A stretch of 64,000 bases of DNA. Source: Paramoeba atlantica (lineage: Eukaryota; Protista; Discosea). Position 1 is the stretch's first letter. Every line of letters begins with the position of its first letter. The stretch covers positions 37,261 to 101,260 of the forward strand of contig CDRNVI010000201.1 of the NCBI GenBank assembly GCA_977017575.1, read 5' to 3'. The notes below the pieces were generated by a model. The model was not told the origin of the DNA. It searched no databases and saw only the letters and a list, made by a program, of their open reading frames with translations. Of the stretch, positions 47,984-61,276 are shown piece by piece. Position numbers and translations under genes: made by a program.

Positions 47984-48670
47984 ATTTTGTGAAAGTTTGA
48001 AAATAAAAGAAGAATAAAGTTATGTTTCCTCTCACAAAACCTCCATTTTTATGAAACCTGACAATTTCTCATCAAAACCTGTACCTCTAAAAATTTTTTA
48101 CAAAAGATAATGTCTTTTCTTGTGAGAAGTACAAATGTACAAATAAGTTCCACCAAAACAAAAAAATGAGATTGCAAAAAAACTAAAAGAATTTTCATCA
48201 ATTGATTTTTCAAAATTTATTTAAAAACTGACTATTTCCTAAGTACAGCCTCAACCAGCAATTCAAAAAACAGTCAAATCTTTCTATTTTTTCTCATTAA
48301 ATAAAGTAAATTATTGTAGAATCACCCATGCATATCACTATTTTGGTTCTCTAGAATTGGAAATGGTAATTGGAATTGTGATAATACCAAAAACCATCAT
48401 ATTAATCAAAATTGATAAAATAAATTTTGTACAATTTGGTTGAAGATAATAGTGTTAAAACATTCAAATTCTCAACAAAGAAGAAAGACCAAAATACAAC
48501 TTTCAGAAGTTTAAAGGGAATTCAAAGAAGAAGAAAAGAAAACAAAGGATTTCTAAAGAGAACAACCCAATTGTTTCAATGCAAAACAAAGGCAAAATTT
48601 ATTTAACACCTTAAAAATAGTAAAATGGATCAAAATTAAAATAGATCAAAAACATAAAAGATGTACAATT

Positions 48671-49000
48671 TGTTGGAGGTGAAACAGGGAAAATGATAAA
48701 ACTGATGTAAGGCACAAGGGTTTAGAGAGGAAAATGAGAATAAACTTTATTTGTGACAAACAAGGTTGCGCGAACAAGTGACAATGGAATAGGTGGTTGC
48801 ATTGCAATGTTTCAGGAGGATGCAACAATGTCCAGACAACTTTGATGAAACCAGATTTATCTTAATAAGGTTAGAAGTTGCATCCAACACTCCCCTCCAT
48901 CCAATGAATACTTCAATGCAATCCGGAAAAACAAACATTCGTGTGTCTCTCATGCAGGATTCTCTCGAGAGGCTTGGTCATCACGTCCGCATGTTGTACA
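48671..49000 (-). mobile_element. Copia copy B, 3' end: RNase H tail, PPT and 3' LTR (48671-48889)
   Basis: 219-bp LTR with tgttgga/tccaaca termini; HADVMTKPL tail; joins copy B at 54710 when copia A and one GTACA are removed. Confidence 0.85.
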
Positions 49001-52000
49001 TGTTGGAGGTGAAACAGGGAAAATGATAAAACCGATGTAAGGCACGAGGGTTTAGAGAGGAAAATGAGAATAAACTTTATTTGTGACAAACAAGGTTGCG
49101 CGAACAAGCGACAATGGAATAGGTGGTTGCATTGCAATGTTTCAGGAGGATGCGACAATGTCTGGACAACTTCGATGAAACCAGATTTATCTTAATAAGG
49201 TTAGAAGTTGCATCCAACACTCCCCTCCATCCAATGAATACTTCAATGCAATCCGGAAAAACAAACATTCGTGTGTCTCTCATGCAGGATTCTCTCGAGA
49301 GGCTTGGTCATCACGTCCGCATGTTGTACAGAGGAACGGCGATAAACAAGAGAAATGGTCTTATTTTCAATCAACTCTCGAATAAAATGCAGTTTAATAT
49401 CAATGTGCTTGGTTCTCGACTTGATCATCGGGTTGTTTGCAATGTCAATAGCTTGTTGATTGTCCTCATAAATTAAAATAGGGGTTTTAACCGTCAAACC
49501 CAGAGTCTCCAACAATTGTTTCAGATACATAATCTCTTTTGTGACCTCAGCTAATGCATAATATTCAGCATCAGTTGATGAGAGTTTCACAGAAGGGGTT
49601 GTCTTGGAACACCAGGAAATCAGATTGGAGCATAAGAAAACCAAATAGCCGTAGGTGGAGCGACGGTCGTATTGATCAGCAAAGGCAGCATCACAAAACG
49701 CACTCAAATCGACAGTCATCAATTTGGGGTCGAAACTAGCAGGGCGGACGAATTTGATTTCCTCATTAGGGCGTCCATTCAGATAAGAAATAAGGCGACA
49801 AATAGCGTTCTCAAGTTCTTTGGAGGGACGGGTTTGGAACTTGCAGATCTGGCCAACAGCATATGAGATATCTGGTCGGGTGTTGGAGGCATACAAGAAC
49901 TTCCCATTGATCGTGGGGATGGGGATGTTGGTGGGATAGCTATCAGGGCACAATCTTACTTTTGGGTCAGCAGGGGTCTTGTAGTGGATTCGAACCAGGT
50001 GATTGTATTCTTGACAGATCGACTTCACATAATCAGATTGGTCCAAAGAAACTTGAAAGAGCTCATCTTGCTTGATCTGCATTCCAATCAACCAATCAAC
50101 TGTGTCAAAGTATTTTAGATCATATTTTCCACACATGTATTCCACGAAGCACTCGTGCAATTTTGTGCAGGTGGAAAACCAGGTCAAGTCATCCACGATA
50201 GTGACCAAAAACATAATTCCATTTGATTCAGCAATCATGAACAGACAAGGATCAACATCGTTCCGAATGAAGCCAAAAGCCAACAGGGACTCAACCAAAT
50301 GATTGTACCAGTTTCGACCAGCAGGGGGATATCCATAAATTCCCTTCAACATCAGCCACACAAAATCATTTCCTTTCTCAACAAAACCAGGGGGTTGACT
50401 TATATAAACGGGTTTCGCATCAGGATCAACATCAGCACAAACATATGCTGAGGGTACATCACCACCATGGAGCTTACATCCAAATAGGGCAGCCAAACAC
50501 AGAATGGTTCTCAGAGTGGAGGAACGGGCAACAGGGGAATACACCTCATTGATGGAGTCCGGAATAAATGAAGAGCCATTGACACAGTATCATGACTTAA
50601 AGGAAGTAACCTTTCCATGTTGTGTTTTGATGCGATATCTCCACAAACCAGGTAAAATTACCGCATTCGAATAATCGATTTGGTTCTTGTGGACAAGGAC
50701 AAAAGCTTTCCTTTTCATGAGGGCATCGCACTCTCTCTTCATTGATTCAAGCCATTCGCGCTTCTCTCGGGAGGCAATAGCACCTTTGAAAGTTTTCGGG
50801 GTCAATGCAGTTGAGATGTCTTCCTCAGCCATGAGAGCAGCCGTCATTGAGATTTCAAAATCATCCCATTGTTTCTTCTTCCTTTCTCGAGCAGATCTTC
50901 TGGGTTCAGAGGGAGTTTGGGTCAGATTGGGTACAGGTGGGGTAATATCTCAGTCATGTGCACCAGATTCATAAAAACCATCTGAATATTCAAAGTTTTC
51001 AGGGCCATGGATCAATTCCTCCCCTCCATCTTGGGATTCCTCCTCACAAGGTGTCTCTTCCTCAAGTTCCTCAAATGAGATAGGTTCAGAAGATGGTTGT
51101 GGTCTGAAAAGGTCAATAGAAGGAGCAGAAGATCCACCAATATACTTTTGGTAGAGAGATTGGACACCAAAGGCAGTCTCGTCAAAAACCACATTAGCAG
51201 ACTCGAAAAATTTCTTCGCAATTGGGTCCCACATGTGGTAAGCAGCCATATTGGGGGCAGGTCGCACATAAATTCCGAATCAAACTTTGGGCTTCAATTT
51301 CTTCTGTTGTTCCTCAGGTAGCAAAGAGAAAGCATGGCAGCCAAAGGCTCTGAAGTACATCCAGTCAGGTCAGGTTTTGAAGAGAGCTTCCATTGGTGAG
51401 ATCTTTGCATCGCCATGGACAGTAGATTGGTAACACAAATCAAAGAATTCAGCTGCTTCAGGCCAGAAGAAGTCAGGACAGTGACCAGAATGGAGGTTGG
51501 ATCTGATTCCCTCTTGAGAGGTACGGTTGTATCTCTCAGCAATTGCGTTTTGTTCGTGCTCAGAACGTGCAGACCATTGAAGATGGATCCCTTTCTCTTT
51601 ACAAAATTTCGAAAGTTTTCCGTGCTTGCCAATGAACTCTCCAGCACCATCACATTGGATAATCTTCACACGAGTGTCGCATTGTTGTTCCAATTTCGCG
51701 ACAGCAACAATAATATCATCAGCAGCATCATTCTTCAGCTTCAAAGACGAACAGAGAGGATGACGAGATTTGTGTTCAATGATTGTCAACTGGTACTTGA
51801 AGCCACCAATTCCCACAACATTCAAATACAAAATGTCGACATGAATAAATTCTCCGTAATTGAAATCACACCGTGGTTCGATCTTGATATGTGGAGAGCG
51901 AGAAAGCTTCCCAGAAACACATCCCAATACACAATCAGTTTTGTCATTGTGGAGCACTCGAGGTAAATTGCGGCCAACTTGAAGCTCAACAGTCCGTTTA

Positions 52001-53906
52001 ATTGAACTAATGTGTCCAGCCCATAGGTGCCAAATCAAGAAAGATTCGCGGTGTTGGGGATGGAGCTCACGGTTGCGACGCTTCTTCTTTCCAAGCAGAG
52101 CAGTGCTAGGTGATGGGAGTTGGTAAGAGAGGTAGTAGAGGCCATTATTTCGTGTTCCAGTTGCAATGACTTCAATCCCAGCCAAATCAGATATATTTCC
52201 TTTACAAATTAGGACTTGATCCGAATCAAAAAGCATGAACGCATCCAAATCATCACATGTTGAAGAAACAGAGAGAAGATCATGGGAGAGGTTTGGAACA
52301 AACAAAACTTGACTTAAACTTAAGTCTCTTCCATCTGTGAGGATTGAACCAGTTCCGCGTTTCTCAACAGGTAAAGCAGAGCCGTTTGCTTGGGTTATTG
52401 ATCCACCAGGGCCAGCAGCGTTATGTTGGATCATGTTAGGGTTGTTTGTGAGGGTAGGAAAAGCACCAGAATCAACAATCATGTGGCGGGAACCATCAGC
52501 AGCGTGAAGAGCAACAGAGTCATCGGTGACATCCAAAAAACAAAATCCATCCGTAGGTTCATCATAATGCTCATCAGTTTGTTGCTCATCGAGAAGAAGA
52601 TCTTGGACAAACTCGAGGAACTCCTCAGTGGAAGGTTTGGTATAGAAGGCCATTTTGCAGATGCCAGTCATTGCAAATTGTGCGAGAAATGCTTCACCAA
52701 CAGAGGTCTGGGGCTTTCCTTGCTTCTTTCTTCAACATTCATCCTTCCAGTGACCAGTCACCCCACACCAATGGCAATGACCTTGACGAACAGTTGAACC
52801 ATCAGGACGTCGATCACCAGGTTTGAATTTCTTTCCAGTTCTCCGACGTTTCTCCTCCTTCGCTTCAGCCAACAAACCAACGCGTGGCGGGAATCCAAAA
52901 CCGGATTCTTTGCCATATTTAGATAGGACTTTTTCTTTGAAGTGTGCCAAACTATCGACCAAATCCTCGAAAGATAAATCTTTCTGATATTTGAGTGTCT
53001 CCATGGGTTGGAACTCAGAACCAAGGCCTCGAAGAAGAAGAGCCATCATATGGTGTTCCGAAACAGGTTCATCATTCTCAGCAGATTCTATGGCGAGGGC
53101 CATACCTCGGGATACATAATCATTGACAGTTTTGTTCTCCTTCTTTTTCAAAGTCATCAACTCGTTTGTGAGGTCCAGCAAAGATGCCATTGTTTTCTTG
53201 TCGTACTCATCTTCCAACTTGAGCCAAACACGGTGGGGCTTATGCTTGTAAAAGGGTGCAGCAATTTTAAGTTTTGCGTTCCACTGCAGACAGACGAACA
53301 GGAAGCAATAGACCTTCTTTGCATTAAAACGCATTGCCAATCGCATGCGGTGGACTTGAGGAACTGGGATGAGTAGATACTCCGCTAAACCATACGAATC
53401 CAAATGATTTGTGATGTCATCCTTCCATTTCCGATACTTCTTCTTGGTTCCATCGAAGGGGTATTGCACCTTCATCAGGTCTTTGTGGACTTTTCGAGGG
53501 TACAACTCAATCTCATCTTCATCTGATGAAAATTCATCAGAGGAATTGCCATAATCGTCAGAGCCAAAAGAATCATCGGAATCAGGTGGGTCAGGATCAG
53601 AGTGATCAGGGGGATCTCTCTGAGGCTTCGATGTCAGTGGTGTTGCAGTCTGGTGAGCAGAAGTAGAAGAACAAGAGGCATTTGAAGAACGAGGTTGGAA
53701 GAGTGGTGTGTCGTCCAATTGGATACTATCCATCCAGTTCTCATTGTCCTTTTCCTTCTCGGTGGGCAGCTGTGACTCGGGCGTCGCATACGAGTTCCTT
53801 TCTGGAACATCAGCAGGTTGATCAGACCCAATCAATGGTGCAAGGACTCCATTCTGACACTTCGATCATCGTTCAGCACGCTCCCCCCTCATGCGTGTCG
53901 CATCGC

Positions 53907-54335
53907 TTTTTTTTTTTTTTTTCTTTTTGAGGCAGACTTTATTCAATTAGTAGTTCTTAATCTAAGCTATTTGAATTACATTAAATTATGTTTGTTTTTA
54001 ACCTCTAACGAGAGGTGAAGTTTTAAACTTCAGCTTAGTTCAGTCGGTCTTTATGCTGAACTTTAGAACTTCTGCAAGTTCAGGCTGGAGGATGCACATC
54101 AGAAGGGAGAATAATCCAAAGCTCCTTCCAAGGGAATTTATCCTCAACTTTTTAGCAGACAGGGCTGAGATGTAACCTGTTCTGATTTTCACACTTCTTC
54201 AAGAGCTCCTCACTCCAATCAAATCACTCTACAGCACCAGAAAAATTTTCTATAATATCGAAAAACTGGGATTTGAACTCGCCCCCCCGGGGTTGGACAT
54301 AGTCGAATTTACGACTAAACTACGGGTGCCAACCC
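53907..54335 (-). mobile_element. SINE-like retroposon copy 1, in the copia A leader
   Basis: tRNA-like head, A-tail, 17-bp TSD catgcgtgtcgcatcgc (53890-53906 / 54335-54351). Confidence 0.9.
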
Positions 54336-54430
54336 ATGCGTGTCGCATCGCACTTCTTGGCAGAGCGAGAAATTGTGTTCATTTCTTCTCGCCTGATTGA
54401 TCGACGATGCTTCTCAGTCTTGAGTGATTT

Positions 54431-54490
54431 CCCGGCCGTTAAATCCATACGTAAGTTCAGTCGTGGATAGAGCTACAGAGACTCTTAATC
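54431..54490 (-). promoter_or_regulatory. Copia primer-binding site complementary to the 5' half of tRNA-Lys(CUU)
   Basis: Plus strand abutting the LTR reads CCCGGC..GTTCAGTCG..TAGAGC..GAGACTCTTAATC, colinear with the conserved eukaryotic tRNA-Lys(CUU) 5' half. Confidence 0.75.
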
Positions 54491-54709
54491 TGTTGGAGGT
54501 GAAACAGGGAAAATGATAAAACTGATGTAAGGCACGAGGGTTTAGAGAGGAAAATGAGAATAAACTTTATTTGTGACAAACAAGGTTGCACGAACAAGCG
54601 ACAATGGAATAGGTGGTTGCATTGCAATGTTTCAGGAGGATGCGACAATGTCCAGACAACTTCGATGAAACCAGATTTATCTTAATAAGGTTAGAAGTTG
54701 CATCCAACA

Positions 54710-55842
54710 GTACAGAGAAATGGTGATAAACAAGAGAAATGGTCTTATTTTCAATCAACTCTCGAATAAAATGCAGTTTAATATCAATGTGCTTGGTTCT
54801 CAACTTGATCATCAGGTTGTTTGCAATGTCAATAGCTTGTTGATTGTCCTCATAAATTAAAATAGGGGTTTTAACCGTCAAACCCAGAGTCTCCAACAAT
54901 TGTTTCAGATACATAATCTCTTTTGTGACCTCAGCTAATGCATAATATTCAGCATCAGTTGATGAGAGTTTCACAGAAGGGGTTGTCTTGGAACACCAGG
55001 AAATCAGATTGGAGCATAAGAAAACTAAATAGCCATAGGTGGAGTGATGGTCATATTGATCAGCAAAAGCAACATCACAAAACACACTCAAATCAACAGT
55101 CATCAATTTGGGGTCAAAACCAGCAGGGCAGACAAATTTGATTTCCTCATTAGGGCATCCATTCAGATAAGAAATAAGGCGACAAATAGCGTTCTCAAGT
55201 TCTTTGGAGGGGTGGGTTTGGAACTTGCAGATCTGGCCAACAGCATATGAGATATCTGGTCGGGTGTTGGAGGCATACAAGAACTTCCCATTGATCATGG
55301 GGATGGGGATGTTGGTGGGATAGCTATCAGGGCACAATCTTATTTTTGGGTCAGCAGGGGTCTTGTAGTGGATTCGAACCAGGTGATTGTATTCTTGACA
55401 GATCAACTTCACATAATCAGATTGGTCCAAAGAAACTTGAAAGAGCTCATCTTGCTTGATCTGCATTCCAATCAACCAATCAACTGTGTCAAAGTATTTT
55501 AGATCATATTTTCCACACATGTATTCCACAAAGCGCTCGTGCAATTTTGTGCAGGTGGAAAACCAGGTCAAGTCATCCATGATAGCAACCAAAAACATAA
55601 TTCCATTTGATTCAGCAATCATGAACAGACAAGGATCAACATCGTTCCGAATGAAGCCAAAAGCCAACAGGGACTCAACCAAATGATTGTACCAGTTTCG
55701 ACCAGCAGAGGGGTATCCATAAATTCCCTTCAACATCAGCCACACAAAATCATTTCCTTTCTCAACAAAACCAGGGGGTTGACTTATATAAACAGATTTC
55801 ACATCAGAATCAACATCAGCACAAACATATGCTGAGGGTACA
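54710..55842 (-). mobile_element. Copia copy B, RT-RNase H segment (older, more decayed)
   Basis: Near-copy of 49330-50460 with many CG-to-TG/CA changes. Confidence 0.92.
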
Positions 55843-57446
55843 TGTCAGGTTGTGAAAGTGTTTCGACTCTCAAAGATGCTTCTCGATTTGGTGTTGTTTT
55901 GTTGTTTCCTCTGCGTTTTCCTGATTAGAGAGTGTTTTGTTTTGCCCAAATTTGTGTTTCATCACGAATTTGGTTTGTATTGCTTTTGTTGTGCTTTGAG
56001 CAGAAGTTGTAGATATCATAGTAAATTTAGAAGATTTAAACTGATCTGTTTCCTTATTCTGTTTGTATTAGTAGTAGAGATGCACCACTTTGTACTTTTT
56101 TTTGGAAGTTCGCTCTGCTTCTGTGTTTTGGTTCTTTTTCCATTTATTTTCGGTTGTACATTAGCCGTGAGTGATGATATTTCTACATCACCCTATCTTC
56201 AAGAGGGAACGTTTTGGTTAGGTCTTCTTGCGAGGATGTGGGAAGAGGTGAGGGAGAGAGACTTTAATTATATTCTTCCTTAGGTAATGTTCTTCCTATT
56301 ATTCTCCTTGAATGTGTGCTATGGTATTTTTCGTTTTCGGAAGAGAATGGAAGATAGTCGTTGTCGAATGAATTTTCTACCTAATGTGAGCATTGGGAGA
56401 CCTCGTTCAGAAAATAGTGGTATAGGTAGGCCATGGCAGATGAGCAGTTTGACAGCTCTATATGATAGAGATGCGGTCATACGACCAGTTTCTGCTTGGA
56501 ACATGAGCAGGGAGAGGAGTCATCTTCAGGCTGACGAGCAAGAAGTATCTAATTCCCAGGATGCAGCGTTGAGAAGAACTCTGTCTCAGATGACACAGGA
56601 GATGGAGGATCATAGTCGAACTCTTAAGACCATGAAGGGTCTTCCGAAGTTAAACATACTGTGTGATGATGTTGAAAAACTTTTGTTTTTTCAAAGTGAT
56701 TTCTACTGGAAAATGAGAAATAATGTCGAAGACAGGAGTCTTTGGCATCATTACTTGTTTGAAGTAATTTCTGGAGATTCAAAGTTAAGTCTTCAAAGAA
56801 TGGATTACTCTACTATGGGTGTTTCGAATATTATTACTTTTTTGTTTCAAGATAATCTCGGTGTCGAGTGGCAAGAAAAAATTTGTATAGCTGCAAGGGA
56901 TGTGAAACAGAAGCCTTCTGAGAGAATCAAGCTATTTATGAATTGGCTTGAGACATATTTAGAGGTATTGGATATAGAACTTGATTCGGCTGATGTGAAG
57001 AGTATTCTGTATCATGCTCTGCTTCCAAAATATTGTAATGTTTTTGAAAGTAAGTTTGAGAACTTTAATCTTAACGAAACACCTTAGTGTTCTCTAGAAG
57101 AATATGGCTTTCAAGCAGAATTGTTTCACAGTTTTGCAAACACGAGTTCTGGATCTGGGGGCTTGAGGAAGTGTTATTATTGTGGGAAACATGGTCATAT
57201 TCGAAGCAATTGTCCATCTCAGAGATTGAAGAGTCCATCTGAGAAAACTTCATCTGAGAGAGTTCCATCGGAGAAGAGAGTATCTTATGAGAAACAAACA
57301 TTATTACAGGAAGGGAAATGTTTTAACTGTTGGAAAACTGGACATATGATGAGAGATTGTCCTGAAAAGAAGTCAATGATTGATTTGGGGGGTGGAAACT
57401 CTCTGGTAGATTTGTCAAATTATTTGGAAGAAAAATCTGATTATGA

Positions 57447-57870
57447 TTTTTTTTTTTCTTTTTGAGGCAGACTTTATTCAATTAGTAGTTCTTAATCTAA
57501 GCCATTTGAATTACATTAAATTATGTTTGTTTTTAACCTCTAACGAGAGGTGAAGTTTTAAACTTCAGCTTAGTTCAGTTGGTCTTTATGCTGAACTTTA
57601 GAACTTCTGCAAGTTCAGGCTGGAGGATACACATCAGAAGGGAGAATAATCTAAAGCTTCTTCCAAGGGAATTTATTCTCAACTTTTTAGCAGACAGGGC
57701 TGAGATGTAACCTGTTCCGATTTTCACACTTCTTCAAGAGCTCCTCACTCCAATCAAATCACTCTACAGCACCAGAAAAATTTTCCATAATATCAAAAAA
57801 CTGGGATTTGAACTCGCCCCCCCAGGGTTGGACATAGTTGAATTTACGACTAAACTACAGGCACCAACCC
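57447..57870 (-). mobile_element. SINE-like retroposon copy 2, in gypsy between gag and protease
   Basis: Same ~420-bp sequence; TSD atctgaYtatga(ttt) at 57435-57446 / 57871-57882. Confidence 0.9.
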
Positions 57871-60854
57871 ATCTGACTATGATTTGTTCTTGAGTGAGGC
57901 TGAACTTGCTTCTGAGAAATTTGATGGCAGTATTCCTATTTGTCCTCCGCCTGATGATACAAAAGTTTATATTCCTGTGACCTGAGGTCAAGAAAAATCT
58001 CTGGATGTTTGGATGATTTTTGACCCAGCAATGACAATTTCATGTTGTGACTATAATTTATGGGAAGGTTTGGAGGGTGAAGTTGGGATAGGTAAAACTA
58101 GTATGATGGAGATTGGGGGTAAATCATTTAATTTAACAAAATTTAAATGGGTTTACGGATATACTCTTACCTATCAAGCGAGAATTAAAATCTGGAGGAA
58201 TGTTATGTTGGGTGGAAATCGAATTGTACTCAATCGAAATGATGCTAAGGAATTAGGAGTCTCAGTTGAAGGTGTTCATTCAGTTTTTCCCTCTCAAAAA
58301 ATAAGTTCCTCTAGAGATGATTGTGTTTGGTGTGAAGAGAAGAAAGTTTCTGTAGATGAGACCCAGTGGGAGAAAGAGAAGGTTGATATACTTCTTCAGA
58401 GTGTTGAAAGTGCTTTGAATGCGAACACTAAGCTCCCAACAAGCAGTTTTTGTAATTTGATTAATTCAGAATTTCAAGTTGTTCTTAGAGATTCTGATTC
58501 TGTGTATACTTGACAGTATCTGATTCCCTGAGATATTCAGCCTGCAGTTCACCAGAGAATCAAGGAATGGGTGGACAATGGTTGGGTTAAGAAGTGGGAT
58601 AAGAATTCAAAAAATGTTTGGAATTCTCCGCTCCTGGCAGTGCCAAAACGATCTGGTGGTGTGAATGAGGCTGATGATATAAGATTGTGTATCGATTTGT
58701 GAAAAGTTAATTCAAAGTCAAAGGAACCAATTTATACTTTGCCAACACCTGTCGAAATGTTTAGAACGGTTGGTGGTGCGAAATTTTTCACTGAGATTGA
58801 TTTGTCTAGTGCTTACCACCATATTAAAGTAGAGGAAGATAGTCAACCTCTGCTTGGTTTTGTCAATCCTGAAGGAATTCAGTATGTTTGGATGAGATTA
58901 TCTTTTGGTCCCAAAGGTGTGGTTACCCATTTTCAGGCTCAGGGTGAGAGAATGATTTTAGGAATCAAAGATGTGATTTCTTATTTGAATAATTTTTTAG
59001 TTGCCTCTCGAATGTTCAAATCTCACTGCAAAAGTGTAAGAAGGGTAATTAAAGCATTGACAGAGGCGGGTTTTCAGATCAATTGTAAGAAATGTAAGTT
59101 TTTAATGAAAAAATTGAAATTTATGGGTCATTTAATTGATGGTAATTCTTGCTCAATTGATAGTCACAAGATGAAAGTGGCTGCCAAGATTGCTCGTCCA
59201 GTTACTGGGAAACAAGTGAAATGAATGTTGGGTTTTTTTAATTTTTTGAAGGACTTTATTTCAAATTTTGCTTCGATAGCAGCCCTGTTGGAGAAGTTAA
59301 GAAAATTGAGAAAAATTACTTCTGCTTGGAGGAAGCTGAAGAGAAAGCTTTCCAGGATTTGAAATATGCGGTAGAACATGTGCTTGTTCTGTCTCAACCT
59401 GATTGGGAGTTGGAATTTCGGGTGGCTTGTGATGCTTCACAAGATGCTGTTAGTGCGGTTTTGTACCAAGTGACTAAGGATGGTTCAAAGAAATATGTTA
59501 TGCTGTGCTCGAAGACTCTTCAAGCGGGTCAGCAGAACTATCTTGCTCTTAAGAGGAAACTATTGGCAATTGTTTTCTTGCTTAAAAAATTTTGGTATTA
59601 TCTTTTGGGAAGAAAATTTGTTGTGGAAACTGATCATAAAGCTTTAACATATTTGAATTTGTCAACTTCATTTATGATTCTTGACTGGCTTGATTTTCTT
59701 CTTTAGTATGATTTTACCATTGTCTTTATTAAAGGGATGGAAAATGTTTTACCTGATTTTCTTTCCTGTTGTTGTGTTAAAGAAGAAGTTCCTGTGGAGT
59801 ATGAGTTACCTCTGGTTGGGTTGGATGTTAAAAATGTTGATTGTGATTCTGAACCAGGAGTGTATACAAAAGAGAGACTTGAGGAATTTCTAAATTCTGT
59901 GATCGATAAATGTGAACCCATTGATAAAGACAAATTGTCTTTAGTTCAAGACAAACATAATGAGAGTCATATGGAAGTGTCTGGAACATTCAACAATTTG
60001 TTTCACTCAGGGTATTATTGGTCAAATATGCGAAAAATGGTGGAAGAAGTTTGTGCTGGCTGCATGGAGTGTCTTCACTATAATGTTGGGAAAGATTGGT
60101 TTTTATCCATTGACTCCAGTTTCTGTCGCTCTCCCGATGGACTTGATAGCAATTGATTTTGTTTGTGGTCTTCCTGAGATATCAGATGGTTTTACTGTGG
60201 GTCTTATTATCATTGATTGTGCGACTTGTTTTGTATTTTTGCATCCATTGAAATCAAAATCTTCAAAAGCTGTTGCTGAAGCTTTATTGGAAGTGTTCTG
60301 TAATTTTAGGTTTCTCCAGGAAATTCAAAGTGACCAAGATCCATCATTTATGAGCAAATCAATGGATAAGTTTAGAGAACTTGCTGAAGCTTGTTCTAGG
60401 AAAATTCTGAAATATTTCCCAACTTAGAATGGTATGGTTGAAAGGTATGTCAAGAAAGTAAATAATGTGTTAAAAAAGATGATGCATGGTGAGGGTACTT
60501 ACTGGGTAAAATTTTTACCTGTGATTCAACTCTCACTGAATGATCGATATATTTCTCGTCATAAGTCAATGCCGTTTGCTTGTATGTTCGGTCAAAAAGT
60601 GAATCAAGCAAGGAATTATGAGAAGATTGAACTGGAAGTCATGACTCCAGAACAATTACTTGAAAGGAATCGAAATTTGGTTCATGTGGTTTATCCAGCC
60701 CTTGCAAGACTTTTTGCTGCTTTGAGAAAGTTGGATTGTAAGTCAAAGAATTCGGAGAGAAAGGAAAAGAAAATTCTCAAAGACAAACCTTTGAAAGTTG
60801 GAACAACTGTGATGAAAAAAGTAGATGTGAAAGAGACGAAATGGCAACAGGAAT

Positions 60855-61276
60855 GGGTTGGCGCCCGTAGTTTAGTCGTAAATTCGACTATGTCCAACCT
60901 CGGGGGGGCGAGTTCAAATCCCAGTTTTTCGATATTATAGAAAATTTTTCTGGTGCTGTAGAGTGATTTGATTGGAGTGAGGAGCTCTTGAAGAAGTGTG
61001 AAAATCGGAACAGGTTACATCTCAGCCCTGTCTGCTAAAAAGTTGAGGGTAAATTCCCTTGGAAGGAGCTTTGGATTATTCTCCCTTCTGATGTGCATCC
61101 TCCAGCCTGAACTTGCAGAAGTTCTAAAGTTCAGCATAAAGACCGACTGAACTAAGCTGAAGTTTAAAACTTCACCTCTCATTAGAGGTTAAAAACAAAC
61201 ATAATTTAATGTAATTCAAATGGCTTAGATTAAGAACTACTAATTGAATAAAGTCTGCCTCAAAAAAGAAAAAAAA
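60855..61276 (+). mobile_element. SINE-like retroposon copy 3, in gypsy integrase
   Basis: TSD atggcaacaggaat(ggg) at 60841-60857 / 61277-61293; removing the insert restores KWQQEWEGPFKI. Confidence 0.92.

Larger units (their letters stand above)
49001..54709 (-). mobile_element. Full-length Ty1/copia LTR retrotransposon, copy A (gag-PR-IN-RT-RH), five in-frame TGA stops, TSD GTACA
   Basis: LTRs 49001-49219 and 54491-54709; GTACA at 48996-49000 and 54710-54714; CCHC knuckle, DSGA protease, integrase HVD/CDGAGEF/AERYNRT, RT IVDDL, RH CDAAFA...EDNQ...RTKHIDIK. Confidence 0.96.

Noticed and set aside
1-48000. Many poly-Phe/Leu or poly-Lys/Arg/Glu ORFs in the track
   Set aside because: They are translations of pyrimidine-rich intronic microsatellites or their complements.
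48671-49330. Simple 330-bp tandem duplication of the copia 3' end
   Set aside because: Better explained by copia A nesting in copia B, given the GTACA TSD and the B-like decay of the outer LTR.
56161-56180. Gypsy primer-binding site (ttagccgtgag)
   Set aside because: Too decayed to assign to a tRNA by eye.
49243-59330. UGA reassignment (many in-frame TGA at Arg positions)
   Set aside because: Host genes end in TGA (5542, 10457, 28513), and the stops match CGA-to-TGA deamination seen at other CpGs.
60855-60930. Functional tRNA gene
   Set aside because: No convincing anticodon arm or acceptor pairing; it is the head of a TSD-flanked, A-tailed repeat.
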